Position numbers and translations under genes: made by a program. This document shows positions 24,657 through 37,734 of a stretch of 64,000 bases of DNA, piece by piece; position 1 is the stretch's first letter, and the number at the start of each line of letters is the position of its first letter. The notes under the pieces were generated by a model. The model did no database searches. It saw only the letters and a list, made by a program, of their open reading frames with translations, and was not told where the DNA came from. Source of the stretch: Octopus sinensis (taxonomy: Eukaryota); assembly GCF_006345805.1 (NCBI RefSeq), contig NC_043000.1, positions 131,254,001-131,318,000 of the forward strand, given 5' to 3'.

Positions 24657-25710
24657 TGGGCCTCGAGGTTCAATGATCTTCCACTTGATATCATATGGTG
24701 TCCTTTGATCTTTGAGGTGTCACATATAGCTGGCTAGGGAAGTGACAAAACGTCTTCCTAGAACTCTGAAGGATGACTGGTGGTTGTGGAAGTGTTGCTT
24801 GAAAGATGTCCTGGCTAATCTGATATATTTACAAGCTTGGGAGGTGGCTATATTCACACTCCTGGTATATCTCATGTAGGCTCTGGGCCTGGGGATGCTG
24901 TTAGTAACTGTGTTGCTGACATTGTCATTATGGTACAATGATCTGGCAGTGTTGGTACAGCTGCTGTCATTGTGGTTGTTATCCTGTGGTTATTGTTTCT
25001 GGTCACATGGCTGGTGTTGATGCTGACATTAGTGTATGTGTGGTTGGTGGTAACATATGGTGCGGGGCTGGTCACTCCATCGGTGTCGATGATAATCATT
25101 TGGTCATTGTCTGTGGTGGTAGTACTGGAGCCACTGGTTACCTCCTCTGTGCCATTGGTCCCGGACTGACCATCATCTCTAGCTGTGGCGATTGTACTGA
25201 TGGTAACATATGATGCAGGGCCAGTCACTCTATCAGCGTCAATGACAATGGTTTGTTCATCATCTGTGTTGATGGTACTGGGGTCGTTGGTTATGGGGTC
25301 CTCTGTGTCGCTGGTCCCAGACTGGATATCATCTTTGGCTGTGGAAACTGTACTGGCATTAGAGCTGGTTAATCTGCTACTGTCATCACCTCTGGTGCTA
25401 TCATTACTGTTAGATGGTACATTGCTGGTAATGTGGATAGCAGGTCTAGGTATCACTGTAGCTACATAGATGATTCCTTTGGCCTCGCATTGGCCTCCTA
25501 CTGGAGAGTTATTGTATACCCTGCAAGAGCAACATGCCTCCTCCCTGGTTTTGTGGGTGTTTGTTAAAATACTTTTTATGCTAGGTGCACAACTAAAGGA
25601 GATTCTTAGGTTGTGCCTGTTAAATAAATGCCTGTATCTATGCATCTATGCGAAATGCTTATCTATTAATCTAAGGAAAATCCTTTCTACACATCTCAAC
25701 GTTGAGTGAG
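24657..25710 (-). mobile_element. Penelope-like element fragment: linker plus GIY-YIG endonuclease with a large insert
   Basis: FLRLIDKHF / HLFNRHNLRISFSCAPSIKSIL / CSCR / GGQCEAKGIIYVATV ... KYIRLARTSFKQHFHNHQSSF / LASYM / YDIKWKII. One frameshift near 24945. Confidence 0.85.
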
Positions 25711-25954
25711 AAGGATGGGGCAAACCAAATGATGTATATATATATATTTATATATATATATATATATATATATAAATTTAAATTTAAAATAATAAGGGTG
25801 AAAAATTGAATATTAATTTGATTAATGTCAATTTAAAACCAGTGGTCTAGCATATTGAAAAATCTGAAGTTTCAGAAAAAACAATATTACATACATATAA
25901 GAAGGTTGACCTGTAAGTGGACATCCATTATGCTTGAAGAAGATCCGCTATGGT

Positions 25955-25989
<35 letters not shown>

Positions 25990-26353
25990 TGCTTCACAAC
26001 CAGTGTCAGATTGTTTATGTTCCCATAACTCTGTAGTTCAGCAAATGTAGCTAATAGAATTAGTACCAGGCTTAAAAAATAAATCCTGATGTTAATCTGT
26101 CTGACTGAACCCTTCAAAGCAATGCCCCAGGATACCCAAAGTTTAATGACTGAAAACAAGTAAGACAAGACAAAAAAAACTTGCAAAATTATATCCAGTA
26201 AATATTTGTAGGCATTCATTAATTCTAATACAGTTTATTAACCAAGAAATTAAGATACAAAAATAACCGAAGACAACTTTACAACCATTTTCCAGGAGAT
26301 TACGTTTTTATAAAGAGAAAATAGCTATCTAGTGATATATATGAATATATATA

Positions 26354-26571
26354 CAAGGCAGGTAGTGAAAAGTTCCTGGCCTTAAGGGTGTCATGAAATG
26401 CCTGGCTGGAGGTCCAACCTTCTGAGTTCTTTTACAGGGCTTAGAAAAACTGAAGGACCACTGCAATAAGTGTGTGAATCTGAGAGGGGAATATGTTGAA
26501 TAAAATTATAATTAACTTATCCTCCTGTATTTTCTTTTACCCAAAACCAGGAACTTTTCAGCACCCGCTTG
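26354..26571 (+). mobile_element. Mariner-derived MITE (~220 bp)
   Basis: Inverted ends (GTAGTGAAAAGTTCCTGG / CCAGGAACTTTTCAGCACC). Interior encodes a transposase C-terminal remnant QGLEKLKDHCNKCVNLRGEYVE*. Second copy at 37735-37950. Confidence 0.8.
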
Positions 26572-26651
26572 TGTGTGTGTGTATATGTATATATATATAA
26601 TCATTTAACATCTGTTTTGCATGTTTATATATATATATGTATGTATATATA

Positions 26652-26687
<36 letters not shown>

Positions 26688-26912
26688 GTATGTTGTTTGC
26701 ATCATAAGAGTTTAGGAACTTCAAAGACATGAAATAAATTGTTTTTAATGCTGAAACTTGAACTTCGAGTATAATAATTGCCTGTATATATAAAATCCCC
26801 CTTTTTTTTATTATCAAAACTGTCATGCAACTTCAATGCCATCATTTATAAACAATCACAACCTTTTTCCAATGGATTAACTTTTGAAAATAAGTGGGGG
26901 AAATGCTGACAT

Positions 26913-26978
<66 letters not shown>

Positions 26979-27000
26979 CACATATATATATATAACAAAA

Positions 27001-27038
27001 CTGTCTGACGAACAGGAACGTGAAACTCTGAGTAACAG
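27001..27038 (+). ncRNA. Minimal type-I hammerhead ribozyme motif
   Basis: CUGU-CUGACGA-AC(AGGAAC)GU-GAA-ACUC(U)GAGU-A-ACAG. All core nucleotides present, GUA cleavage triplet, stems I, II and III pair. Confidence 0.7.
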
Positions 27039-27143
27039 CTTTTGTTATATTTCTACTGCTTTTAAATAAAGCATCCTATTCTACTTCTGGTATTTGAGTA
27101 CTCTTTTTTCCACCTTGTTTCACACTTATGTGCTTACTCCGGT

Positions 27144-27176
<33 letters not shown>

Positions 27177-28228
27177 CATTATATCATCATATTATGAACA
27201 ACATTTTCTTTATATTATCAGCAACAGTGACAGCAAAAGTTTTTCATATAAAATACAACAATGATGATGATAATGATGGGGTGCTGTATTTTTCGTTGTT
27301 TCTCTACAATGACAATTCACTGAAATGAAATTGAGGTTATTATCAAAGAAATGTAGTAACAATTATTAATATTCAAGAGGGACATGAAATATGGTTATAA
27401 GATGGGTTATGATCTCAAAGATGGATATCAGATGTAAAAGAGGATTAACAGTTAACAATCCATGTAACAAAAGTACATAAAGCACCACAACCATTGAATG
27501 GTAAAGATAACAAGGCTGATGAAGAGAAAAAAGTTACAGCGTGCACTAGAGTAGAGTCCTGTCTACTCAACAGTATTTCTGTTCACTTGCTAACCATGTT
27601 GTTGAGTGTAGTAGATGCAATTTATTATGGCACCAACACTGGAGAGGTTGCCTTATTCCCTGCAAGATGAATGAGTTAACTCTACAGAGCCACTGTTCAT
27701 TAAAACAATCATGACCAAGAGGGAATAGAAGAGGCAGAATGGTCGAGATGATGAAACAGGAAAGAGTATAAACATGAGTTTGATGGGAGTAAAATGTTTT
27801 AAACGAAATGCCCCTTGGTCTTTAAAATTAAAATAAAATTTTCAAGTAGATTATATTAGAGCTGAATAATATATATAAAAGGTTACAATCCAAGCCGTAT
27901 CCATGTGAAGCACATCTGCATGTTTACATTAATAAAATGTATGTATATAGATATTTTATTTTGAATGAAATATTCATAACATTTGGAATTTCTGGTGAAT
28001 TCTATTTGCGGGATGGGTTACTCGACCAGAAGAAAATTCTACCTGGGCCCCACCTGCAAGGTCATGTGCTGTTTATCTTGATATGAGATCACCATGTAGC
28101 GCACATATGATTGTGATGCATGCGCCTGGTGTACCCTTATCAGACGGGTAGTCATGATGGGTATACTGGGTTTCGTATATTTTACCCCAGTGTCACTTTG
28201 ATGGCATGCACTGCTCTCTCACTCAATG

Positions 28229-28286
<58 letters not shown>

Positions 28287-28313
28287 TAATAATGATGATA
28301 ATAATAGTAATAA

Positions 28314-28719
28314 TAGTGAAGACGAAGAGCGTGATTTGATTGTAAGATATTTTATTAGTTGAACGATATTTCAACAGTACGTCTGTCTTAGCCGGGTGTC
28401 TAAGGAAAATCATAATGTAAATTACAGCTTTTGCATTTTATTCCTTCTCACAGTTGGCTTGTCAGCCCTGTTAGTTTCACTAGACCCCAGTGTTGAACCC
28501 AATCCTGGGCCAATGGATTTCGTACCATTCAAATATGAATCAGAAATTGAGACAACGTGTGGACACTGGTTGCTCTTGTTCATACTTTACTTTTAAATTT
28601 CTATAATTTTGAATTCTTATCACTTCTTATTTTGAACTTGACAAAGACAGAAGTACTGTTGAAATATCGTTCAACTAATAAAATATCTTACAATCGAATC
28701 GTGCTCTTCGTCTTGACTG
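28314..28719. mobile_element. ~400-bp MITE with ~75-bp TIRs
   Basis: (T)AGTGAAGACGAAGAGCGTGATTTGATTGTAAGATATTTTATTAGTTGAACGATATTTCAACAGTAC is inverted at 28640-28719. Confidence 0.85.
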
Positions 28720-29987
28720 TTTACCTTTGTGAAGAGTTATGTCAATCCTTTTTAAAAAAAAGAAATATATAATAATAATAATAATAATAACAATAATAAT
28801 AATAATAATAATGATAATAATAATAATAATAATAATAATGGTTTCCAATTTTGCCACATGGACCACCATTTTGCGGGGGGAGTGGGCGAGTTAATTACAT
28901 GGACCTCAGTGTTGTCACTGGTACTTAATTTATCAACCCCAAAAGGATGAAAAGCAAAGTTGACCTCACAGGAATTTCAGGAATTTGAACTCAGAACGCA
29001 GTGACGGCCGAAAAACTGCTAAGCATTTCGTCCAGCATGCTAACGATTCTGTCAGCGCGCCACCTTACAACAACAGCAACGACAACAACAATAACAATAA
29101 CTATAATAATAATAATAATGCTGAAATATCATTCAACCAATTTCACATGATAGCTATGGTACTCTTCTATTTTTTATTTGTGTATAACTTCTGGAGGAGT
29201 TACCTCAGTCCATTATAATCATAATAACAATAATATAATAATAATAATAATGATAATAATAGTATAAATTGTTCAGTAAAGGCAAAACATGAATTTTATT
29301 TTTGTGTGAATTTTTAAAAATGTTTTTCACAACTCTTGTTAATTATGAAAATATTTTTTTACAAAAACAAAACTGAAGTAAACAAACAAACTCAAACTGA
29401 TTATGCAGCACTGATGAGGTTCAGTGAGATAGAAACATGACTGTTGCTGACACTATTCCTGATAACAAACATCAGATTTTCCATTATTGTTTTAAAAAAA
29501 TTACTTTTAAATTTCTTGAAATGTATCTCATCTTTTCTCAGTGACTTTTTTTTTTTGCTTTTCAGCTTGCTTTTTTTTGCTTTTCAGCTTTTTTTTCTTT
29601 CTCTAAGAAGGAAATTTTTATTTATTGGGAATACATCACTGAATGGCTAACACCTATGTGATTTATCAATATAAGAATGCTTATAAAAATATTACACTAT
29701 GTTTGAGTAAGTAAAATTTAGAGTTATCTCCCCTTATCTTTTATTACATTATTTATCATTTACAACGTGATTCATGACAACAGTCATGTTCCCATCACTG
29801 AGGATGTAACGCCAACCACTCCAAGAGTGTAGTAGGTGCCTTTTATGTGCCACTCGCATTGGTGTCTTTTACATGTCACCATCACTAGCCATGACTACGA
29901 TTTCCCTTGGCTTGATGTGTCTTCTCAAGCATAGCAAATCGCCAGAGGTTTCGATCACTTGTCGTCACCTCCGCTCACCTTGCTTAA

Positions 29988-30180
29988 CTCATTAGCATTT
30001 AAACCGGTCACATCTAACCAAAATATTCTACCTGTTTTATGTTCAAATTCTCGAATTCTGGCCTTTTACATCTACCCTACAATGTAATTCTAAAAAAATA
30101 CAATCATGTCATCGAAATCTCTAAGTTACAAGACACTGCATGATTAATTTAAAACAATGTGAAGTATTGAATGTGACAGA
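29988..30180. mobile_element. TTAA MITE family B, truncated
   Basis: TTAA|CTCATTAGCATTTAAACCG..., colinear with 39788-39998. Confidence 0.75.
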
Positions 30181-30504
30181 TTTTCCTTCCTTGAGTTTGT
30201 TTCCTTGATATGCAAGATCTTCACATGAATCTATGTATCTTCTGGCAGTTGCTCACTAAGTTTTTCCACCAGAAACAAATTACCAGTTGCTGATATAGAA
30301 GTTAGCTTATTTCAGTTCAAGCTTAAATTGGTCCTTGAAACAGTAGCAAGAAAGTCTTTGAGTTTTTATTTATTGATTTATTTTCCTTGACATCATTTCC
30401 CATAAAATGCCAAACATGAAGTTATTTTTTTCACTTATTTCAGCCATTGAACTGTGACGATGCTAAAACATTGTCTTCAATGGACTTGAAGTTGATATTC
30501 TTTT

Positions 30505-33500
30505 TATACAGTGATGACAAGAAGACATTCATTATACAGTGATTTTAGTTGGTTGTAAATATTTATTCTGTGGATTCTAGTTAATATAATAATGCTTTTA
30601 ATTTAGTATTGATGATAAAATATAAAGAGGGAGAAAGAGAGTAGGGGAGCTCAGTTGTTTTGAATTTCATTTTAAACTGATATCTGTTTGAAAAAAGAAG
30701 TAAATATAAGTCTACAGAAAATTATATATAAAATGTTGTAACAGCAATCAAAGTGTTAATTTTAAATAGAATACAATTTCAAATAACATCAAAAATTCTG
30801 ACAAATATTACACATTAACAGGGTGGTATATTAATAATACAATTATGAATTGGGTAGGTTTACCATACATGAATGGCTAGGAGAAATTTATTATTCAGGA
30901 ATGACCTGGATAATTGCTATAATACAGGGATGAGTTGGAGAGGTTCAATACTTGGTTGTGACTAGGTAAACTTCATTGTACAGTAACAGCATGGATAGGT
31001 TCATTACACATTAATAGTTCAATGAGATTCATTGTACTGTGAGGTTGATTAATTCTACTGTGATGACTGGGAGAGATTTATTGTAGAGTGATGACTAGGA
31101 GAGGTTCATTATATGGTGGTAACTATGACATAGTGCTAAGTGATGAAAATACGAGCTCTATTATACAGTGACAACATATTAGACTCATCTTATAGGGACA
31201 ACTAGGATATATATTGTACAAAGATGACTTGGTCAGCTTCGTTACAAGGTAAAAGTTGACTAGATCATTGGATGGTGATGACTAGGACATATATTGTGCA
31301 GTGAGGACAAGGTCAGTTTCATTGTGCAGAAATAACAGGGTCAAGTTTTATAGTGCAAAGTAGGGCAGTGCAGGTTCATCATACAATGATGGCTGGGACG
31401 GTTCATATCACATAAATAGCTACATAGGGTTCTGATTACCTTGGGCGATTAACCAGATTTCTACACAGAAATATGTGTCAGATATATCATACAGGAGGAT
31501 TAAGCCAGATTCATAATACACTGATGGTTAAAAATGGACTTATCATCCAGTGTTGGCTAAATCATGCAGACTGGCAGTTTAACTAAAAGTGATGCTTTAT
31601 ACATCAGTGATATTTCGTTGGTGGGAAGTCTAGATCCAGATTTTAGTAATCACAGTATTTGCTAAAATAATTTTGTATGTGTGTGAGCTCTGGTGGCAAG
31701 TTACTGGCCTTCAGTATTTACTTCTATATTATAGCATGAAGCAGATATAAAGTGCAGCAACAAAGAATACACAACTGAAGAGCTATACACCGTTAATATG
31801 AGCTAGCTGCAACAGAAGTTTTACAAAGCTTCGAAAGAGTAAAAATATTACTTGTGTGTATGTTTGATATAATAATTATTAAAATATTACATTAATGATT
31901 AATTTTGCTGTCTGTATTTCTGGATATGTTACAGCAGTACTACGATTGATAATTCAAGTTTCTTATAGTTTATGACAGACTAGGATGATTATACAGTGAT
32001 GGCCAGACCAGCTTCATGTTATAGTGATGATTTGGCTATGTTCATTATAAAGTGAGGGCTTTGTCGGGTTTATCATAAATTGATTGTGAAGTCGTTAAAT
32101 GGAGTCCAGCTCAGAGAAATATCATCAACTGTGACAAGCAGCTTAAGTGAAAGTGGTGTTATACAGCTCAATGACATTTCACTGGTGTTAAGGCTAGCTC
32201 TGTTCTTCAATAATCACATCAGTTGCTTAAAAAAAACTAAGTGTGTGGTCAGTTGACAAGATATCAGCTTTCATAATATATCATTATATTATACTTTCAA
32301 GCCAGGATAAATTGATACAGCACAAGATACATAATTAATGAAGTGCACGTAATGCTTTTCAGTGTTTATCTTATGGTATTGTGACTTTTCAGGATAATTT
32401 TACTACTTATTAAATTTCTTATATAAATATGGTTTTACCAGGATTATTATATAATGACGATTAGGTCAGTTTCATTATGCATTAATGGCTAGATTAAGTT
32501 TATTGTAGAATTGATAGATGCAGGCATGGTTGCATGGTTATGAAATTTGTTTTCCCAACCACATGGTTCTGGGTTCAATCCTACTGTGAGGCACCTTGGG
32601 CAAGTATCTACTGCTATAACCCAACTAAAGCTTTGTGCATGGATATGGTAGATGAAAACTGAATTCCATCATGTATGTGTATTTGCATGCATGCATATGT
32701 GTGTGTATGGAGGGAGGTGACTATGAATACATGTGTGGTTTTGTCTCCTTATCTTGATATCATGTGATAGTTGTAAATGAGTGCCACTGTCATACAAGCA
32801 GTGTCATTCATTTCCAATATTCTATGAGAACATGTCTGGCTATGGAGAAATATTACCTTGATTAGAAACAGATGACGGTTAGCAACAGGAAGAGGCAATC
32901 CAATTGTAAAAATATTTGCCTCGGCAGACTTTGTCTGACCCATGCAAACATGAAAAAGAGGTCAGTGAAAGTGATGATGATGGTGGGGTGGGGGGGATGA
33001 TGGTGATGGTGATGATGGTGGTGGTGGTGGTGGTGGTGGTGATGAATTTTCATTTGACATGGTTACATCAGGCTCATTGGATAGAGATAGTTAGGTCAAA
33101 GTTTTTCATGCAGTGATGTATCAGAGGGATTCATTATAAAGTGATGACTAATTAACTTTATTAAACATTGATGGCTTAGTTGGGTCTTTTATAAATGATG
33201 ACTAGGTGAGCTTTTTTTTTATGTACTTATGACAAGCATAAGTTTACCATTAAGTGATGGCTAGATCAGGTTCATTAAAAAATATAAAATATAAGCTAGG
33301 ACGGTTCATTTTCAAGTTGTGGCTTCACAAATTGCTATGTATATCATATTCATTATCTAATGATGGCTAAGTTCATTTTGTTATAAATTCATACCGAGGT
33401 CAATAACTATGACAGAGGTCAGTTTCACAGGGAGAGTTTAAAATGATGGCTTGGAGAAATGAATAGGATATACATTATATAGTGATGGCTCAGAAAGATT

Positions 33501-36500
33501 TAATATGTACTGGTAAGTCAGAGAACTTCATTCTACAGTGACGGCAAGGATGGATTCTTTTTATACAGTGATTGTTAGCAAAGGTTCATTATTGAGTCAT
33601 ATATAGGAGAGATTCATTATGCAGTGACAGTATACTCAGGTTCATAAAATACTGATCACAATGTGGATTGATGGCTAGGAGAGTTCCATTATACAGTGTT
33701 AAGAGAGAGAGATAATTGTATAATAAGCAGGAGAGGTTTGTTATATTGTAATGATTCAGAGGAATTTGTTATACAACAATAAATGGTTCATTTTTATTGG
33801 CACATAAAAAGCACCAACTGATCGTGACCATTGCCAGCCTCCCCTGGCACCTTTGCTGGTGGCACATAAAAAGCACCCACTACACTCACAGAGTGGTTGG
33901 CATTAGGAAGGGCATCCAGTTGTAGAAACACTGCCAGATCAGACTGGAGCCTGGTGCAGCCTCCTGGCTTCCAAGACCCCAGTTGTACTGTCCAACCCAT
34001 GCTAGCATGGAAAATGGACGTGAAATGATGATGATGATGATGATGATGAGTGATCACTAAAAGAGCTTCATTATGTAGTAATTAGTAACACTGCTTTATT
34101 TTAAGGTCACAGCAAGGAAAGATCCATAATGTCATGATGTATCTGATATAAATGTTATACAATGATTCCTAGGATGGATCCAACTTTCAGCAGTGGCTAG
34201 AAAAGACTGATTATAAAGTGAAGGCTGAGTATATATATAATGTTCAGAGGATTAAGTCAGTTTCATTAAACAGTATTAGTAGGTTAGAATTATTATATGG
34301 TGATTATGACATATATTGGACAATGACTACCAAGCCAGTTTCATTATGCAATAACAGTTGGTTAGATTCTTTTTATGATGATGGCTAGGACATATATTGT
34401 ACAGTGGGGAATAGATCAGCTTCGTTATGAATGATAGTAGGGCTTGTTCATTATATGTTGAGGGCTAGGACAGTTCATATTACATCAATGGCTATCTTGA
34501 GTTTATATTGAAGTGAGTGATTAACCAGGTTTTCTATACAGAAATGTGTGTCAAATATATTATACAGGAGGGTTAAGCCAGGCTCATAATACAGTGATGG
34601 TTGAAATTGGATTTATCATCCAGTGATGGCTAAATCTTGCAGACTGACAGTTTAGCCGAAGGTGATGCTTTATACATCAGTGGTATTTCGTTGGTGTGAC
34701 ATCTAGATCCAGATTTTAGTAATCACAGTGTTTGCTAAAATAACTATGTGTTTATGTATGTGTGTGTGGTTCGATGGCAAGTTACTGGCCTTCATCCTTT
34801 CTTTCTATATTATGGCATGAAGCAGGTATAAAGTGCAACAACACAGAATATACAACTGAAGAACTATACACAGATAATATGAGCTAGCTGCAAGAGAAGT
34901 TTTACAAAGCTTTGACAGAGTGAAAATATCACTTGTGTGTATATTTGATATAGCAACTGTTAAACTATAATAGTGATGGTCAGAAAAGCTTCATTACATA
35001 TTGATGGCTTGGTTATGTTCATTATAAAGTGATGGCTTTGATAAATTATACAGTGATGGCTTTATTGGATTCATCATTCACTGATGGCTAAGTCATAAAT
35101 GGTGTTCAATTTTGGGAAATATCATTCACTGTAACAAGTAGTTTAAGGGAAAGTGTTGCTTTAAAGTTTAGTTTCTTTCGTAAATAGGTCCCCTTAATTT
35201 TTTTCCATTCCATGCAATTTACACGGGTTCTACTAGTTAAGTAATTATTAGGGATTGGGGTAGCTTCAGTTTACATGATTATACAAGATTCATTAGATAG
35301 TGGAAGTTTGGTTAGTTTCATTATACTGTGATGGCTTGAAGAGATTCCTTATTAAGTAATGACTCAATAAATTTCATTGTATATTGATGGCTTCGTTAGG
35401 TCCTTTATGACTTGGACAGCCTCATTATACAATAATAACTACATAAAATAATGAACAGGTCAGATTCTTGTACAGTGAATCCTCGGTAAACTTTGTTATA
35501 CATCGATGAGTAGGTCAAATTTATTACTTAATAATGGCAAAGGATGGTTTATTAATAAGAGATGGCTTCACAAATCAATGCATATAGTATTCTTGTTATA
35601 GGATGATGGCTAGGTTAGGTTCAATATATATTGTCAGATGGTATAGGTGCATGATACAATGATAGAAAGGGAAGGTTAACTCTTTTCTTTTTCAATGATT
35701 TCATTGGAAGAAGAGAATAAAGGAAGGAATTGGATACTCATGACATCTTCAGAATCTCCATAACTGGTAAAAAGAAAAGAAGAAATTCTCCTCAGATCAT
35801 ACAGACAGTTTGAATGCTTAAAACTGAGTGGACTTTACTACAGGTACCCTAGAGCTAGATAATGGTCTTAAACCAGGTCGAGAAATTATGTTTACCAGCC
35901 AAGAACAAGAACAATCACTCCAACATGATTCCACCAAATTCCATTAAGGCTTTGGTTGACCTGACATTATAGTAGAAGACACTTGCAAAAGATTCTTCAC
36001 TGTAGGATTGAATCTAAAACCATGGGCCTGTGAAGCAAATTTAACCACTCAATCATGCTTGTATCTGTTATACAACAATGGCTAAGTCAACATTATATTA
36101 TGCTAAGATAGTGAGACATGTCTCATTATACAGTGTTGACTAGGAGAGATATATAATGTAGTGATGGCTAGGAGATATTCATTATATGGTAAATGATAAA
36201 TAAGAGAGATTATATAGTGATGATAATACAAATTATACACTGATGTCTGGAATGGATTCATTATACAGTGATGATTAGGAGAGACTTATTTATAATGATG
36301 CCAAGGAGAAATTCATTTAACTGTAATGAGCATGAGATATTTAATATACTGTAATGGTTAGGAGTGATACATTATGCAGTGATGGTGAAGGGAAAATTAT
36401 TATACAGTGAGGACTAGTTGAGATTAATTTTAGCATGATAGGTAGGATCTGTATATTGTAAAATGGTGAATATGATATAGAAATTATATAGTGGTGGCGA

Positions 36501-37200
36501 GGAATGATTTATTGTCTTGTAATCAGTTCTTTTGTGATATGAGGGTTTAAAATTATTATACTGTGATTAATTAGCAAAGAGGAATTTACAATAATAGGTG
36601 AGACACGTTAGTCATTTCATAAAGATCATTATACCGTTAAGTTTATCACATTCATTGCAACATAGCAGCTGTATTAGTTTCTTAAATGAAGTCAAGGTTA
36701 AATAAATATATATAAGTAAATATATAAGTGATGACTAGATAAGGCTTATTCAGTTATTCGGATCTAAGTTTGGTTAATTTTATAATGTTGATTTATAATG
36801 CTAGGCTTATATAGTCTGACAAAAGAAGTAAAATTGATATTGTCCCGGTTTCTTCATAGAATGACAGTTTTATCTTCAAGAATATGTTGTAGTTCAGTAT
36901 AAAATGGTGCTTAAGACCTGATTGATATACAGTAATGAGAATTTCTCAGTGATGGCTTGTTAAGTTTCATTTTAAACTTACTGGTTAAGGTCAACCTCAT
37001 TGCGTTTATAATATCTTAGTCAGTGGTAACTAATCAAGTTTCACCACATATATTGATTATCAAGTTCAATCTATTTAGTGCTGGTTTAAGGAACGAGGGA
37101 TAGTTAAAGCTCATTACACACTGCTGTTTAGAAAAGTAAAGGGTTATTATAATAGCGAGGAGTTTGGTCAGGGAGGGCTAAAAGCTGTGATAGTTAAATC
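30505..37200 (+). repeat. Degenerate ~28-bp tandem array (consensus ~CATTATACAGTGATGGCTAGGAGAGATT), interrupted by SINEs
   Basis: Consecutive ~27-29 nt units readable at 31000-31420, 33450-33790 and 36124-36430. Confidence 0.85.
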
Positions 37201-37662
37201 AATGAGTCAGGCTCTTACAGATTTTGTTTCCACACTCCAGCTCAAAATTTCAGTTCATGAAAATGATGAAATCAAACTAATGTGGTTTCTTGTAATCTGG
37301 AATATTTTTTACCTTCTATCTCGACAGTGAGGGATAATAGAGGCCTATAAAATATAATATATTTGAAAATATGTTATGTTTGATTGATTGTTTTACAAAT
37401 TTTTATGTAATATGATGTGTTTTTCAGTGAAGAATGAGTTGAGGATAATTTAAGTAGATGAAACCAAGGGATATAGAACTATCACAAAACTAAACGAATC
37501 AAGCATTAGTTTACACCATATTGCAATTCAAATTGAGAACCACATTTCTGGTAAGCATCACATACAGGAAGGAAAAAGGAAAAATAGTAATGGCACCTGT
37601 GTGTGTGAAAACAGTCATGCTTATATTGCAATGACTGAATTTTTCAGATGATAAAATAGTGT

Positions 37663-37724
<62 letters not shown>

Positions 37725-37734
37725 TATGCACACA

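Noticed and set aside
24938-25709. Plus-strand hydrophobic ORFs opposite the Penelope insert
   Set aside because: Antisense shadows of the S/T/D-rich minus-strand frame.
30505-37200. CRISPR-like array interpretation of the 28-bp repeats
   Set aside because: Eukaryotic context, units are contiguous and divergent with no unique spacers, and there are no cas genes.
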